From assembly GCA_963703345.1 (NCBI GenBank), contig OY969814.1:928001-992000 (forward strand): a stretch of DNA of 64,000 nt, given 5' to 3'. Of the stretch, positions 50,958-61,057 are shown one piece after another. The DNA is from an uncultured Chloroflexia bacterium. Lineage in GTDB: Bacteria > Chloroflexota > Dehalococcoidia > DSTF01 > JALHUB01. Under the pieces are notes generated by a model. That model was given only the letters and a program-made list of their open reading frames with translations, was not told the DNA's origin and did not search any database. Positions within the stretch are counted from its first letter, which is position 1. Each line of letters opens with the position of its first letter. The position numbers and the translations under genes are program-made.

Positions 50958-51043
50958 TGTGGGGGCCCTGTTGCCCTAGGGCTGGCCCCGACAACTCAGG
51001 GTGTCAACCCTCCAGATACGGATGGAGCTCTGGCCACCCCACA
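50958..51043. mobile_element. Second short TGTGGGG...CCCCACA-bounded element, inverted relative to 48284
   Basis: 51012-51043 is the reverse complement of 48284-48314 with 2 mismatches and 1 gap. Confidence 0.5.
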
Positions 51044-51164
51044 GCTGCGCCAGGTCGAAGGCGGAGCGATGGAGGGCGGCGTGGGCGTGCTGGACCCGGC
51101 GCTACGTCGGGCCGTCGGGTTGGGGGACCGATAGAGAGAAAATCGCCGAGGCCACGACTCTGGC

Positions 51165-51461
51165 TCACCGTGTCCGACGGCTGCCCCTGGGCACGTAGTC
51201 GAAGAAGCGTTCTGTGGTGCCCCCCGAGGTCCAGGCTGCCCGCAGGCGGGTGCGCCGCTCCACCCTGCGCAGGGCAGAAAGCAGCATCCGGTTGACGTCC
51301 CTGGCGCTGTCGCCCGCCACGGTTCCTTCGACGTGCCAGCCATCCTCGGTCGCGGTCACGGTGCCGTCGACGAGCTCCTCGAGCACCGGCCGCACGCCTG
51401 TGGGGTTGTCGCTGCTGACGTCGGCGACCAGCCGGAAACAGCGCGCCTCGCCCACTGGCAC
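51165..51461 (-). CDS. Hypothetical protein
   Basis: GGAGG RBS, protein-like composition (ARDVNRMLLSALRRVERRTRLRAAWT...FFDYVP). Confidence 0.6.
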   Translation of the reverse strand: MPVGEARCFRLVADVSSDNPTGVRPVLEELVDGTVTATEDGWHVEGTVAGDSARDVNRMLLSALRRVERRTRLRAAWTSGGTTERFFDYVPRGSRRTR

Positions 51462-51655
51462 ATCCTCCGTTCGGCAATGATCAACAAGGTGTCGCGGCGC
51501 ATGGCGCTCACTCCTGCGCCCCGCGCTGCTGGAAGTGGTTCGGCCCAGTCATCTTAGATGCGCTGCGTCGCTCGAGCAACTGGCTGGCAACGTTGGCGAG
51601 AGGGTCCCAGGCGGACAAGCAGAACATGTCTCTAAAGGGCGGCAACCGCCCTTCG

Positions 51656-51802
51656 CTATTTGATCTTGCGAATGATGCGGCTGGTTTGCTTGTAGAGTTG
51701 CCGGCGGATCAGGTGGGCACCGATGCGCCGCGGGCGCCCTGAGGCGATGATGCTGGCCGTGGTGAGCAGGCTGGCGAGGGCGAAGAGGCCTCTAGTTCTC
51801 AT
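51656..51802 (-). CDS. Small basic hypothetical protein (48 aa, MRTRGLFALASLLTTASIIASGRPRRIG...IIRKIK)
   Basis: GGAGGT RBS; followed by an AAGGGCGG-CAA-CCGCCCTT hairpin. Confidence 0.55.
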   Translation of the reverse strand: MRTRGLFALASLLTTASIIASGRPRRIGAHLIRRQLYKQTSRIIRKIK

Positions 51803-52131
51803 GACGCAACCTCCAGTCGTTTACCGGGTTCACCACGCGCTGCCGCAGTCGGCAAACGCGACCAAGCGACATGTCCACAGTTGACACAGCAGAGCCTGCC
51901 ATCGCGCTCCCAGACGTCGGGCACCATGAAGCCCGCGCAACGGGGACAACGCGGCGCGGCAGGCGTTATCATGCGCCGATTGTAGGGACATCCTCCGGGC
52001 GCGTCAATCGCGCTAATGGCCGCCGCGTCGGGTCGGCCGAGACTGCTGCTGCTGAGGGTTCATCCAGGGAAGAGTGAAGCGATGTGCTCCTGAAGCGAGA
52101 ATGGGGAAGCACGCCGAACGGGTGCGAGTTA

Positions 52132-52218
52132 GCAGAGCGGCCCGTAGCGGCCCAGATTGGCCGAGAGCGCCTCTAGATGCCTCTAGAAAAAGTCATAAAA
52201 CGAATGGTGTGGTACCCC
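52132..52218. repeat. Direct repeat of 58173-58249, including the tRNA-Arg 3' end (att-like)
   Basis: GCAGAGCGGCCC...AGATTGGCCGAGAGCGCCTCTAGA...TAAAACGAATGGTGTGGTACCCC present in both copies. Confidence 0.85.
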
Positions 52219-52305
52219 ACACCCCGCCCAGACTTGTTGACAAGCTTCGTCGCCCGCTAGGCGGTTACGGCCATCTGGCCGCCGCTTGAGAACGACACAC
52301 GCGCA

Positions 52306-53634
52306 TCAGAACCCGCAGTCAGAGATGCGCGCGCCCGCAGCCTTCGCTCCGCGGACATCGTAGGCTGTGAACCGCCCCTTCGGGTCGCGGAACAAGACGC
52401 TTGCCTTTCCCTGGCTGACCAGCTCGTTCAGCCGCACGTCCTCGTTCTGGTAGAACTTCCACTTGTACTCCGTCTCAAAGAACACCACGTCGATGTTCTT
52501 GGCGCCCAGGAAGCAGGAGTACTGCTGCGGCGTGTTCCACCAGCGGCGGTACTGGCTCTGGTCGAAGAACTCCTGTCCCAAGACAGCGCCCTGCCTGATC
52601 AGTTGATAGGCGCCGTCTTCGCGGTCGTTTGGCTCCAGGACGCGGTAGGTCAGAGAGCGGTCGAACTGCGGCGACGCGATGAACTCGCCGTAGAACGGCG
52701 CGCTGTCGTGGTTCAGGCCGTAGGTATTGACGTCTCGATGCAGAACGCGGATGCCCAAGACGGCCGCCAGCGTCAGGAACGCGGGCACGAACAGCGGACG
52801 CAGGATTGGGGCGAGCGGCGCCACCACAAGCGGCAACAGGAGGGCCGCGCCGCGGAACCGAGCCATGTACTTCAACGTGCCGACGATGTACGAGACCTTA
52901 GTCGTGGCGACAGCGGGAGTGGTGCGAGTGTACAGAGCGTAGGGAAGGACGATCAGCGCCGCCACGGCCACGGCGGTTCCGAGGGGAACGATGTCGCGGG
53001 GCCGGCGAATGACGGCATAGAGGGAGTACCCGGCAACGCCGGCCGCGCCGGCAAAGGGGTGCGTCGTGACGGCGAGGATGGCCCATATCGCCGCCGCCGG
53101 CCACAGGCGCTTGTCTATCGCCTCGACGCAGAGGAAGAAGAAGGCGCACGCCCAGATGAAGGCGAACTGAAAGGAGAAGAGCCCCTCGATGAGGAACGTA
53201 TTGACGTAGATCAGCGCCAGCAGGCGCGGGTCGCGGAGAACCGGCCGGGCCCGCGTCGCCGCATAGCCGTAGAAGACGAAACCGAGCACCATCGCCACCG
53301 TGACGGCGCGGTCGCCGAACAAGGCATAGGGGATCGCGGTCACGGTGTACGGGACGACGGCATAGGGATAGGTCAGGGCACGCCCCGACTCCAAGTTCTG
53401 GATGTGGAGGGGCAGGCGCGCGTGATGAAATATCTGGTCGGAGATGTACCAGACGTGCGAGTAGTGGTGGGCCGAGTCAGAGCCGAGAAACACGGTCTTC
53501 GTGAGGAACACCGCGCAGAGCAACGCGACGCCCAGCAGCGTGCCAAAGGCGAGCGTTCGCTGGAGCGACAGATGCCAGCGCAGGCCCGCTCGATTCGATG
53601 CGAAGGCCCGGAAAAGAGCTACTTGCTCGAACAT
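52306..53634 (-). CDS. Multi-pass membrane protein, GT-C-like
   Basis: TM helices, GSDSAHHYSH loop, C-terminal soluble domain. Confidence 0.6.
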   Translation of the reverse strand: MFEQVALFRAFASNRAGLRWHLSLQRTLAFGTLLGVALLCAVFLTKTVFLGSDSAHHYSHVWYISDQIFHHARLPLHIQNLESGRALTYPYAVVPYTVTAIPYALFGDRAVTVAMVLGFVFYGYAATRARPVLRDPRLLALIYVNTFLIEGLFSFQFAFIWACAFFFLCVEAIDKRLWPAAAIWAILAVTTHPFAGAAGVAGYSLYAVIRRPRDIVPLGTAVAVAALIVLPYALYTRTTPAVATTKVSYIVGTLKYMARFRGAALLLPLVVAPLAPILRPLFVPAFLTLAAVLGIRVLHRDVNTYGLNHDSAPFYGEFIASPQFDRSLTYRVLEPNDREDGAYQLIRQGAVLGQEFFDQSQYRRWWNTPQQYSCFLGAKNIDVVFFETEYKWKFYQNEDVRLNELVSQGKASVLFRDPKGRFTAYDVRGAKAAGARISDCGF

Positions 53635-53655
53635 TCGCCTGTCACCCGCCCCACT

Positions 53656-55203
53656 CTACGGCTGCGCGAGATTGACCAGCGTAAGGTTACCGGAGAGATC
53701 CGAGAGACGCCAGATGCTCCAGTCATTCTGCTGATGGATGAGGTTGTACCGCTCGTCAAGGAACGATCGCAGCTCATCGAATGGCGCGAAGGCGTTCTCC
53801 GATACCACCACATACACGGGCGGATTCGCCTCTACGTCGTGCATGATACGTGCCTTTGCCCCCGGCAAGACTTCGCTGAGGAACGAGGTGAAGTAGGGCG
53901 TTGGGTTCGTATAGTTGCCCTCCACGTAGAGCCAGGGAATGTCTCCCCATACATAGACGGCATCTCCTGCATTGTCTTCTTTGATGTAACCGACGATGTC
54001 GTCAACAGCCTGGACAGTGCCATTGAATTGGTATCTGTATGCGTCGCTGCTCAGGGAGCCCCGTTCGTATGAGACGAAGGTCTTGTAGTACTGCACGGGA
54101 TGTTGCTGCATCCCCTCCTCGAAGGTGACCGAAAAACGACTGACGATCACCGCGCCGATTACTAACGCCGCGGCGCCTTTCGCAACAGGGGTCATGAGGA
54201 GCGCACGGCTGGGCCTCTCGAGGCCCGCCATAGTCAGGGCGGCCGCGGGCGCCGCCTGTTGCAGATAATGCGGAAACGAGTAGGGACTTGATGTGGCGCC
54301 GGCAAACGCGAAGCACAGCCACAGCGCCGGGAACTCCTGCAGGGGGACGTGCTCGCCGGCAAGGCGCCGCTTCACCAGCGACATCGCGAGGAAGAGCGCT
54401 GGCAGATAGCCGGCCGCTTTCAGAAGATGACTCTCGCTTGGCGCCTGCCGGGAGTACGGCCCCAGCGAGCCCACAACCGCGTAGAGGTATTGGGAGAAGG
54501 CATGCTCATGGACGAAGAGGGCCATGAAGGCTGCCTGTGGCAGAGCGAAGCCGATGCCCATCGCCACGAGCGGGGCGACGGCTCTACGGCCGGTGAGGAA
54601 TGCCATCAGCACCAGCGCCGCACCGTCGAAGATGGCGACCTGCTTGTAGTTGACCGCCACCCCGATTAGCAGGCCGGCAACTGCGTATCCAATGGCGCGC
54701 CTTCCCCCCTCGTACCTCTCGGCGAGCAGGAACGCAAGCACCGCCAGCGATATCGGGAGGATCATGAAGGTCTCGGTCAGCGCCAGGTTGCCCTCGATAA
54801 CTGGGGTGCATATGAGCAGTGCAAAGATGACGCCCCCGAGCACTGACCGCGTTGTTCCGAAGAGCATCCGTCCAGCTGTCATCAGCGCGAAGAGCGTCGC
54901 AAGCGCCGCGACCGATGCCACGAGGTGCAGCGCGAAGACGCCTGAGCCGAATGCGCCCTGCACCAATGCATAGGAGAAGAAGATAAGAGGCGGTTTGTTG
55001 TCCCACGCTTGGGAGTAGAGAACCTCCCCATGGCGGATACTCTGCCCGATGGCGGCAAAAACGCCTTCGTCTCCGTACCAACGCGGCTCAAAGAGCGATG
55101 GGTATCGCAGTGCCGCCGCCAGGATCAGCGGGACTATCGACAGCAATAGCCAACGCCAATCGAAGTGGGGCCGGTCAACGCTTGCAGTGTTGGCCTTCGA
55201 CAC
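53656..55203 (-). CDS. Glycosyltransferase family 39 / PMT-ArnT-like
   Basis: WYGDEGVF, WDNKPP, many TMs. Confidence 0.8.
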   Translation of the reverse strand: MSKANTASVDRPHFDWRWLLLSIVPLILAAALRYPSLFEPRWYGDEGVFAAIGQSIRHGEVLYSQAWDNKPPLIFFSYALVQGAFGSGVFALHLVASVAALATLFALMTAGRMLFGTTRSVLGGVIFALLICTPVIEGNLALTETFMILPISLAVLAFLLAERYEGGRRAIGYAVAGLLIGVAVNYKQVAIFDGAALVLMAFLTGRRAVAPLVAMGIGFALPQAAFMALFVHEHAFSQYLYAVVGSLGPYSRQAPSESHLLKAAGYLPALFLAMSLVKRRLAGEHVPLQEFPALWLCFAFAGATSSPYSFPHYLQQAAPAAALTMAGLERPSRALLMTPVAKGAAALVIGAVIVSRFSVTFEEGMQQHPVQYYKTFVSYERGSLSSDAYRYQFNGTVQAVDDIVGYIKEDNAGDAVYVWGDIPWLYVEGNYTNPTPYFTSFLSEVLPGAKARIMHDVEANPPVYVVVSENAFAPFDELRSFLDERYNLIHQQNDWSIWRLSDLSGNLTLVNLAQP

Positions 55204-55427
55204 TAGGCAGCCTCCTCCATCATCTCCGAGGGGTGCTCCTTGATCTCCTCGACGCCCGGGGCGCCCCTTTGGCCCGTTGACGTCCCAGTCACGATCATGC
55301 TCGATGCTGCCGTGAGACGGATCAAAAGCCGGCCTAGCCTGCTCCCGAAAACGAGCCCACCCTCTATGTTACTCGTATAGGTAGTACCTGGTACGACAGA
55401 CCCACTGGCCATAATCAACTCAATCAT

Positions 55428-56481
55428 TCATTTGACATACAGCAAAGCGGCGACCCCTACCACATAGAGGGGGATTTCAAGTATTGAGTCTAACCCAAGT
55501 CTAAAGTAGCAGCGTTTCAATCGTGCGAGAAAACTGATGGCATACACCGTCATCATCCCAATCCCCAAAGAAACAAACAAGATGTCTTGACTTCCTGCAT
55601 AGGAAAGAACTGGCTTCTTGGCAATCAAATCAGCCATAAGAAATATCACCATCATGAAAGCATTACCGCCCAAGATATCACTGATTGCGAGGTGATTATC
55701 ACCAATGAATATTGATTCAAGCCCCGTGCTAATTTCGGGGAGAGTAGTTACCAGGGCAAGAACAGTGGCGGCAAAAATACCGCTGTTAATTCCAAGTCTT
55801 GCAGCAGCATCACTGCCCGTTTCCTCTAGCAGAACGCCAGCGACAAGAGTTGCCGCTGCTGCAACAAGAAAGACGGAAGCCACATAGAGAGCTGATTTGT
55901 TGGCATAAAGCGGATGGTTTTCCACCTTTCGTCTCTCTTTGTGCCTTCGTCCTCGTGAGGTGTCCTCCGCCACGACATTAAGCCGGGGATTCTCTCTTGC
56001 CTTATCAATTAAGAATAAGCCTACCAGCCAGGCTACCACTATTGCGATCGAGGCAGGGTTCAGAGAAAAGACGGCTTTTGACGCTGGGATGAAGATTCCG
56101 ATTAGCGCAAGAGCGGTAATGACGACAGCGAAGAATGTTTCGATGGACAGAATTGCTGAACCAGCCAAATATGAAAGTGGCCTTTTGCTCCCTACAGCCA
56201 AGTCAAAAAGCACAATAACCAGAGTTTTGAATTGAGATGCCGCCGATTAAGTTCCCGATTATTACCGGAATATGTCCCTGAGCTGCCGCAGACGCAACAA
56301 CTGCCATCTCGGGAAGGCTGCCGGAGATGCCTAAAAGTATAAGCCTACCCATCGCATCGCCGATTTTAAAGCGCGTGTCCAAAGTGTCGGTTGTCTTGGC
56401 TAGGTTTATGCCGGCGTACCAAGTGACCGCAGCGGAAATAAGAAAAACTATAATCACAAGGGGAAAAGATAGACCGTCCAT
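55428..56481 (-). pseudogene. Na+/Ca2+ exchanger (CaCA) family protein, frameshifted (extra base in the T4 run at 56225-56228)
   Basis: SGSLPEM / IGNLIGG alpha-1 and TTLPEI / ISDILGGN alpha-2 repeats lie in different frames; visibly AT-richer than the flanks. Confidence 0.8.
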
Positions 56482-56823
56482 TGGCCTGCCCTCCCGAAAA
56501 AGAGTCCGGGCCCAATGCTACTCTTCAGCGAGAGAATGGAGAATACTGGACCGCGGAAAGGGGGCATCTCGATTGGGCAGACGGCTAGCTGCTAGACCAG
56601 AACGGGGACGCGCAAAACTGTCCACGTGGGAACGCCTACTAACGCCTACAACGACGCTGCTCACAAGCACGCGGTCACCGGCGCCGGAGACGGTGCTGCC
56701 GTGGGCAGGAAGGATGACTCTGCCACACCAGATGCTACCTGTACGACCACCGTCGAGTCCGGGGTGGCCTGGCCCCAAGAACGAGTCCACCCTCTTCAAG
56801 CATGGCGAACGGAGGCGAACGCA

Positions 56824-58089
56824 ATGCTACCGAGAGACGTAGGGCGCTACTTGGAGAGATGGGGTTATCATCCCATCGAGCGCGAGGACTTCGGCGGCAA
56901 CTTCCTTTCTGTAAGGATCGCCCAAGTCGAGGAGCAGGGGCAGCATCAGCCTGGATGCGCTTTCGTCAGCCTTTGCGCTGTGCCACGCGGTTCTTCAACC
57001 GAGAGAGTCGAAGACTTGCCGACCCTCGCGGACTGGCTCGAGCCGAATGCGCGCCAATATGAACCGCCTGGGATCTTTCTTCCATTTCGAAACGAAAAGC
57101 GGTTTACTTCGCAGGGCATACTGCTTTGGGAGGAGGGCTACCGCTCTCAAGTTGCCCCAAGGAAATGGGCGTCCTATCTCCTGGTTGCGCGCGATGGGTA
57201 TGTGGAATACGGCCGACAGGGAGGCGCACCTCTGAATGGTCGAACCTACCACTTTTATGTGCCAATCGTTGCCTGGATTCAGCGGTTTGCTGCGTTCATT
57301 GCAGAGCTACGGTCGAAGATGGAACAGAAACCCGACTATTGGATGGTTCTGAATCTGACCGATTCAGAAGATGCATGCCTGTGCACGCTAGGGGATGGCT
57401 GGAGAGAGCCATGGGACAGACTCGATGCATCTTGGCCACCCCGGTGTTTGGAGTCTCGAATTCAGATATCTCGAACATTGGAAGGCAGCGAAGAGCCGTT
57501 GAACATCACTAGGTGGTTCGCTGAGAGGATAGCGAATGCACTGGGGAATATCGATTCCTTCGCGGCTGCTCTTCCGAGCTTGGTCTCTACGATCTTCGAG
57601 GTGGCGCAAGGCAGTTGGCGCGTAACTGCGAAGGAACGTTCTGTGGAGATCACCAGGGGCGACGGCGAAGCTGGTCACATTTCCCTTGAGGTGTTTGATG
57701 ACGGTCGGCTTAGTTGCTTCCTTGAATTACGACAAACAACTCGAAATGACCTCGCCAGTATTCTCATGATTGATGCTGATCGAGTGGAGTCCGACATAGC
57801 CAAGGTCTTGGAAGCCTTTTCAAGGATACTCGACAATTTAGACTCTCGCAGATCCGTGACTGGAGTCTACCTGCAAGGTTCCTTGAGGGGTGTCCAAGGG
57901 AAGGCTTTTGGCGTGCTGCCGAGGGAACCCTTGACGAGTATGACTATCCCTTCACACGGCTTGGCGGACCCTCTCCCCTTCCCCACGGTGCCAATGGCGG
58001 TCAACGTGCAGGACTTACGGCGGGCAAGGCCCCTAGCTCACACCCTTCGTGCCACCCTCGGACGCATATTTGGTGCGGCCCTCAACTAG
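56824..58089 (+). CDS. Hypothetical protein in tRNA-Arg island
   Basis: Long ORF with atypical codon usage; GGAGG upstream of ATG 56824. Confidence 0.55.
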   Translation: MLPRDVGRYLERWGYHPIEREDFGGNFLSVRIAQVEEQGQHQPGCAFVSLCAVPRGSSTERVEDLPTLADWLEPNARQYEPPGIFLPFRNEKRFTSQGILLWEEGYRSQVAPRKWASYLLVARDGYVEYGRQGGAPLNGRTYHFYVPIVAWIQRFAAFIAELRSKMEQKPDYWMVLNLTDSEDACLCTLGDGWREPWDRLDASWPPRCLESRIQISRTLEGSEEPLNITRWFAERIANALGNIDSFAAALPSLVSTIFEVAQGSWRVTAKERSVEITRGDGEAGHISLEVFDDGRLSCFLELRQTTRNDLASILMIDADRVESDIAKVLEAFSRILDNLDSRRSVTGVYLQGSLRGVQGKAFGVLPREPLTSMTIPSHGLADPLPFPTVPMAVNVQDLRRARPLAHTLRATLGRIFGAALN

Positions 58090-58240
58090 AAGTTGAGCCC
58101 TCTGGGCCAAGAAAGTGGAGAACAGAATCACTTGCGCCAGAAAGAGGCACCACTCGGTATCTGTTCGAACATGCAGAGCGGCCCACAGCGGACGAGATTG
58201 GCCGAGAGCGCCTCTAGAAAGAGTTATAAAACGAATGGTG

Positions 58241-58316
58241 TGGTACCCCCGGCAGGACTCGAACCTGCGACACGCGGTTTAGGAAACCGCTGCTCTTTCC
58301 TCTGAGCTACGGGGGC
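58241..58316 (-). tRNA. tRNA-Arg(CCT)
   Basis: Cloverleaf GCCCCCG...GCGGT-TTCCTAA-ACCGC...GCAGG-TTCGAGT-CCTGC...ACCA. Confidence 0.96.
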
Positions 58317-58442
58317 ACCGGAAGCACGAATCTGGCGTCGCTTCGATTCGTCGTGATGAATAATACCGCACTGGGCATCCGGCCGACCAGATCGAGAGAG
58401 AGCAAGCGTCAACCGCATGACGCCATCACCGGCCCCGCTCGC

Positions 58443-59114
58443 TCACTTTGGCAGCAAGAACGCCGCGACGGCCACGAAATGGCAGCCGCTCCCCGCCAGC
58501 GTTAGCGAGTGGAACACCTCGTGGTAACCGAAAACCCTCGGCCACGGGTTGGGCCGCTTAGCCGCGTAGGCCAGCGCGCCGACGCTATAGGCCACCCCGC
58601 CCGCAAAGAGCAGCGTCAGCGGCGCGGGGTCCAGCCGCTGCAGTATTTGCGACACCGCGACCAGCGCAACCCAGCCGCTTGCCAGGTACAAGGGCACCGC
58701 CAGCCATCGCGGCGAGTCCAGCCAGATCAGCCTCGTCAGCGCTCCCAGCGCCGCAATCGTGACCGACAGCGACAGCAGGATCGTGCCCCAGGCGCCGGTC
58801 AGCGCCAGCAGGCAAAACGGCGTGTACGTCCCCGCGATAAGAAAGAAGATCATCGCATGGTCCAGCCGTCGCACGATGTTCAGACCGCGACTGCCCCAGC
58901 GGATGCGATGATATGCAGCGCTGACGCCGTAGACCACGATCAGACTGGTGCCGAACACGGACGCTCCGACGTAGCCTCTCGCGGTGTGCGCCAGGAGCAG
59001 CATGACGCCAGCGCCGACGACGGCAGCAACGAACGCGCCCAGGTGGAGAACGCCCCGCAGCAGCGGACGCTCCGGCGACATTGCCGCGGAATTGGCTGCG
59101 CTGTCGAGCGCCAT
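58443..59114 (-). CDS. Hemolysin III / PAQR-family membrane protein
   Basis: RPLLRGVLH, SAAYH, RRLDHAMIF..IAGTYTP, FGYHEVFH. Confidence 0.93.
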   Translation of the reverse strand: MALDSAANSAAMSPERPLLRGVLHLGAFVAAVVGAGVMLLLAHTARGYVGASVFGTSLIVVYGVSAAYHRIRWGSRGLNIVRRLDHAMIFFLIAGTYTPFCLLALTGAWGTILLSLSVTIAALGALTRLIWLDSPRWLAVPLYLASGWVALVAVSQILQRLDPAPLTLLFAGGVAYSVGALAYAAKRPNPWPRVFGYHEVFHSLTLAGSGCHFVAVAAFLLPK

Positions 59115-59119
59115 CTCCC

Positions 59120-59545
59120 CTACGGCGCCAGGTCGCCGACGTAAAATGGGGTCAACTGCGCATACGCCCGCGAGGAATGGTTGCCGCCGATCCCGCCCTT
59201 CGTCTGAAAGGCGCTCGTCGCTTCCTTGCCGCAGTAAGGAGTGACTATCCCGGAACCGCCGGGGTGGGAGCGAAGGTGCGCGGTGATGTCGTACACTTTT
59301 TTCTCTACTATGATCCAGCAGTCATTCCTCGAGTTATGCTTCGCGACCTCGGACGCCGGGATGGCGGCGCTTGTGGCGTTCTGTCCCGGCTGCGACGTCG
59401 CGGCCGCCACAGGTGTGCGCGCTGCCGGGAGCGATCCGCCCGATCCGCTTCCGTTGTTGAACACCAGGCCCGCCGCCAGAATATAGACGACCAGCGCGCC
59501 GAACACCGTCAGCGCTACTGCCACGAGCCTCTTCGGGCCGGTCAC
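59120..59545 (-). CDS. Membrane-anchored cytochrome b5-like heme-binding protein
   Basis: EVAKHN..DCWII...VYDIT...HPGG...CGKEAT..F...HS. Confidence 0.9.
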   Translation of the reverse strand: MTGPKRLVAVALTVFGALVVYILAAGLVFNNGSGSGGSLPAARTPVAAATSQPGQNATSAAIPASEVAKHNSRNDCWIIVEKKVYDITAHLRSHPGGSGIVTPYCGKEATSAFQTKGGIGGNHSSRAYAQLTPFYVGDLAP

Positions 59546-59577
59546 CTGCCGCCTCCCAGTCCGAAACGTCGTTTCAT

Positions 59578-60881
59578 TCAGCGAAGCCGAAACTCATCGG
59601 AGTGTATCCGATGGTACCTGACCCTCATCCTCGTAAGCTGGTCCGTCAACCCTTTCATCATAGCCGGTGGTCCGCAGAGGAAGATATCCTTGTCAGCCAG
59701 GCGGCCGCTCAGCTCCGACACCGCTCTGGCACTGAGAAAACCCTGCGTATCGGCAAAATACGGTATGACGCGCAGGTGGTTCAAGCGCTCGGAGAGCGCC
59801 AGAAGCTCATCAAGAAAGACCGCCTCGTCCTCGCTGTTTGCCGAGTAGTAGAGATCGACGCTGTAGTCCGAACCCTCGAGCGACCCGGCCATGCTCAGGA
59901 AAGGCGTGATGCCGATGCCGCCGGCAATCCAGATCTGCTTATTGTTCGGGTAGTTGTGATGCGAGAACTTTCCGAAGGGCCCTTCAATCCTCGCGATGGC
60001 GCCGTGCGTCAGAGCCGGCAAGCGCGAGGTGTAATCGCCCAGCGCCTTCACGACGATTCGCAGTCGGCCGTCTCCAGGCGCCGAGCTGACAGAGAAGGGA
60101 TGCGCCTCTGTGCTTATGCCCGTCTGAAAGAACTGGACGAAGATGAACTGACCGGGAGAGTACCGCATCGCGCGACCCCGCGGCGCCATCTCGATGGCGA
60201 CCACGCGGTCATTGAGCGGCTTCACCGACTCCACGCGGTACTCGAACCGCGGGACGAGCAACCAGCCGAGCACGGTACGATAGAAGTAGACGGCGACGGC
60301 GATCGCCGCGAGCCCCAACACGTACAGCCGCAACGTCGTGTCGCGCGAGATATCGCTTTGAATGAAGGTGGCATGCCCCGCCGCGAACAAGAATGCGACG
60401 CCCATCAGCTTGTGGGAGAGCTCCCAGGAATGGTATGGAAGCGTCACAAAGAAGGTCAACACCACGAGCGACAGCAGCGCGACGAGCGCCAGTATCCCCA
60501 CGTTTATCGCCCAGTTGCTGGAGGGCAAGAGCAGCAGCGCCGCGCTCCGGAAGAGGTCGGCAGGAGTCTTGCCGCCAGGAGCAACGGATGAAACAGGATC
60601 AGCGTGAAGGCGACCGACCCCAGAACGTGATGGGATGCGTACACCCGATTCATGCCGCCGAAGTAGTTCTCGAAGAGCGTCAGTCGCGCGCTCAGGATCA
60701 CCGTCAGGGCGAACATCGCCATGCCGACCAGGCCGGCCATCTGCCCGAGGCTCAGAAGGGTGAGCGTATTGTTCGAGAACCGGATGCTCACCGGCGATGC
60801 GCTGAACCAGAAGACAAGCGGCAGGAGAGAGAGAACGATGACCGGGAACCAACCAACGTTGTCCCTGATTCTTATGGCCAT
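59578..60881 (-). pseudogene. Ferric-reductase-like TM + FAD/NAD-binding oxidoreductase, frameshifted near 60553
   Basis: N-terminal TM part with HH..G...H in one frame; W..SHK, H, PGQF, HPFSVSS, EGPFG, AGGIGITPF, CGP in another. Confidence 0.8.
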
Positions 60882-60914
60882 GCGTCTGCTGCTTATGACG
60901 GATGTGAAGGTTGT

Positions 60915-60990
60915 TGGTGGAGATAGGGGGACTCGAACCCCCAACCTCGGCGATGCGAACGCCGCGCTCTCCCTGTTGAGCTATATCCCC
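60915..60990 (-). tRNA. tRNA-Ala(CGC)
   Basis: GGGGATA...CGGCG-TTCGCAT-CGCCG...GGGGG-TTCGAGT-CCCCC-TATCTCC-ACCA, with a G3-U70 pair. Confidence 0.96.
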
Positions 60991-61057
60991 ACTTCATTCG
61001 CGGCAAGTCAATCTTAGGCTGGCGCCGGAGAAGCTGTCAAGGAATGCGAACTGGATC

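Noticed and set aside
55203-55427. 74-aa ORF between the CaCA and GT39 genes
   Set aside because: No recognisable motifs; probably junction DNA.
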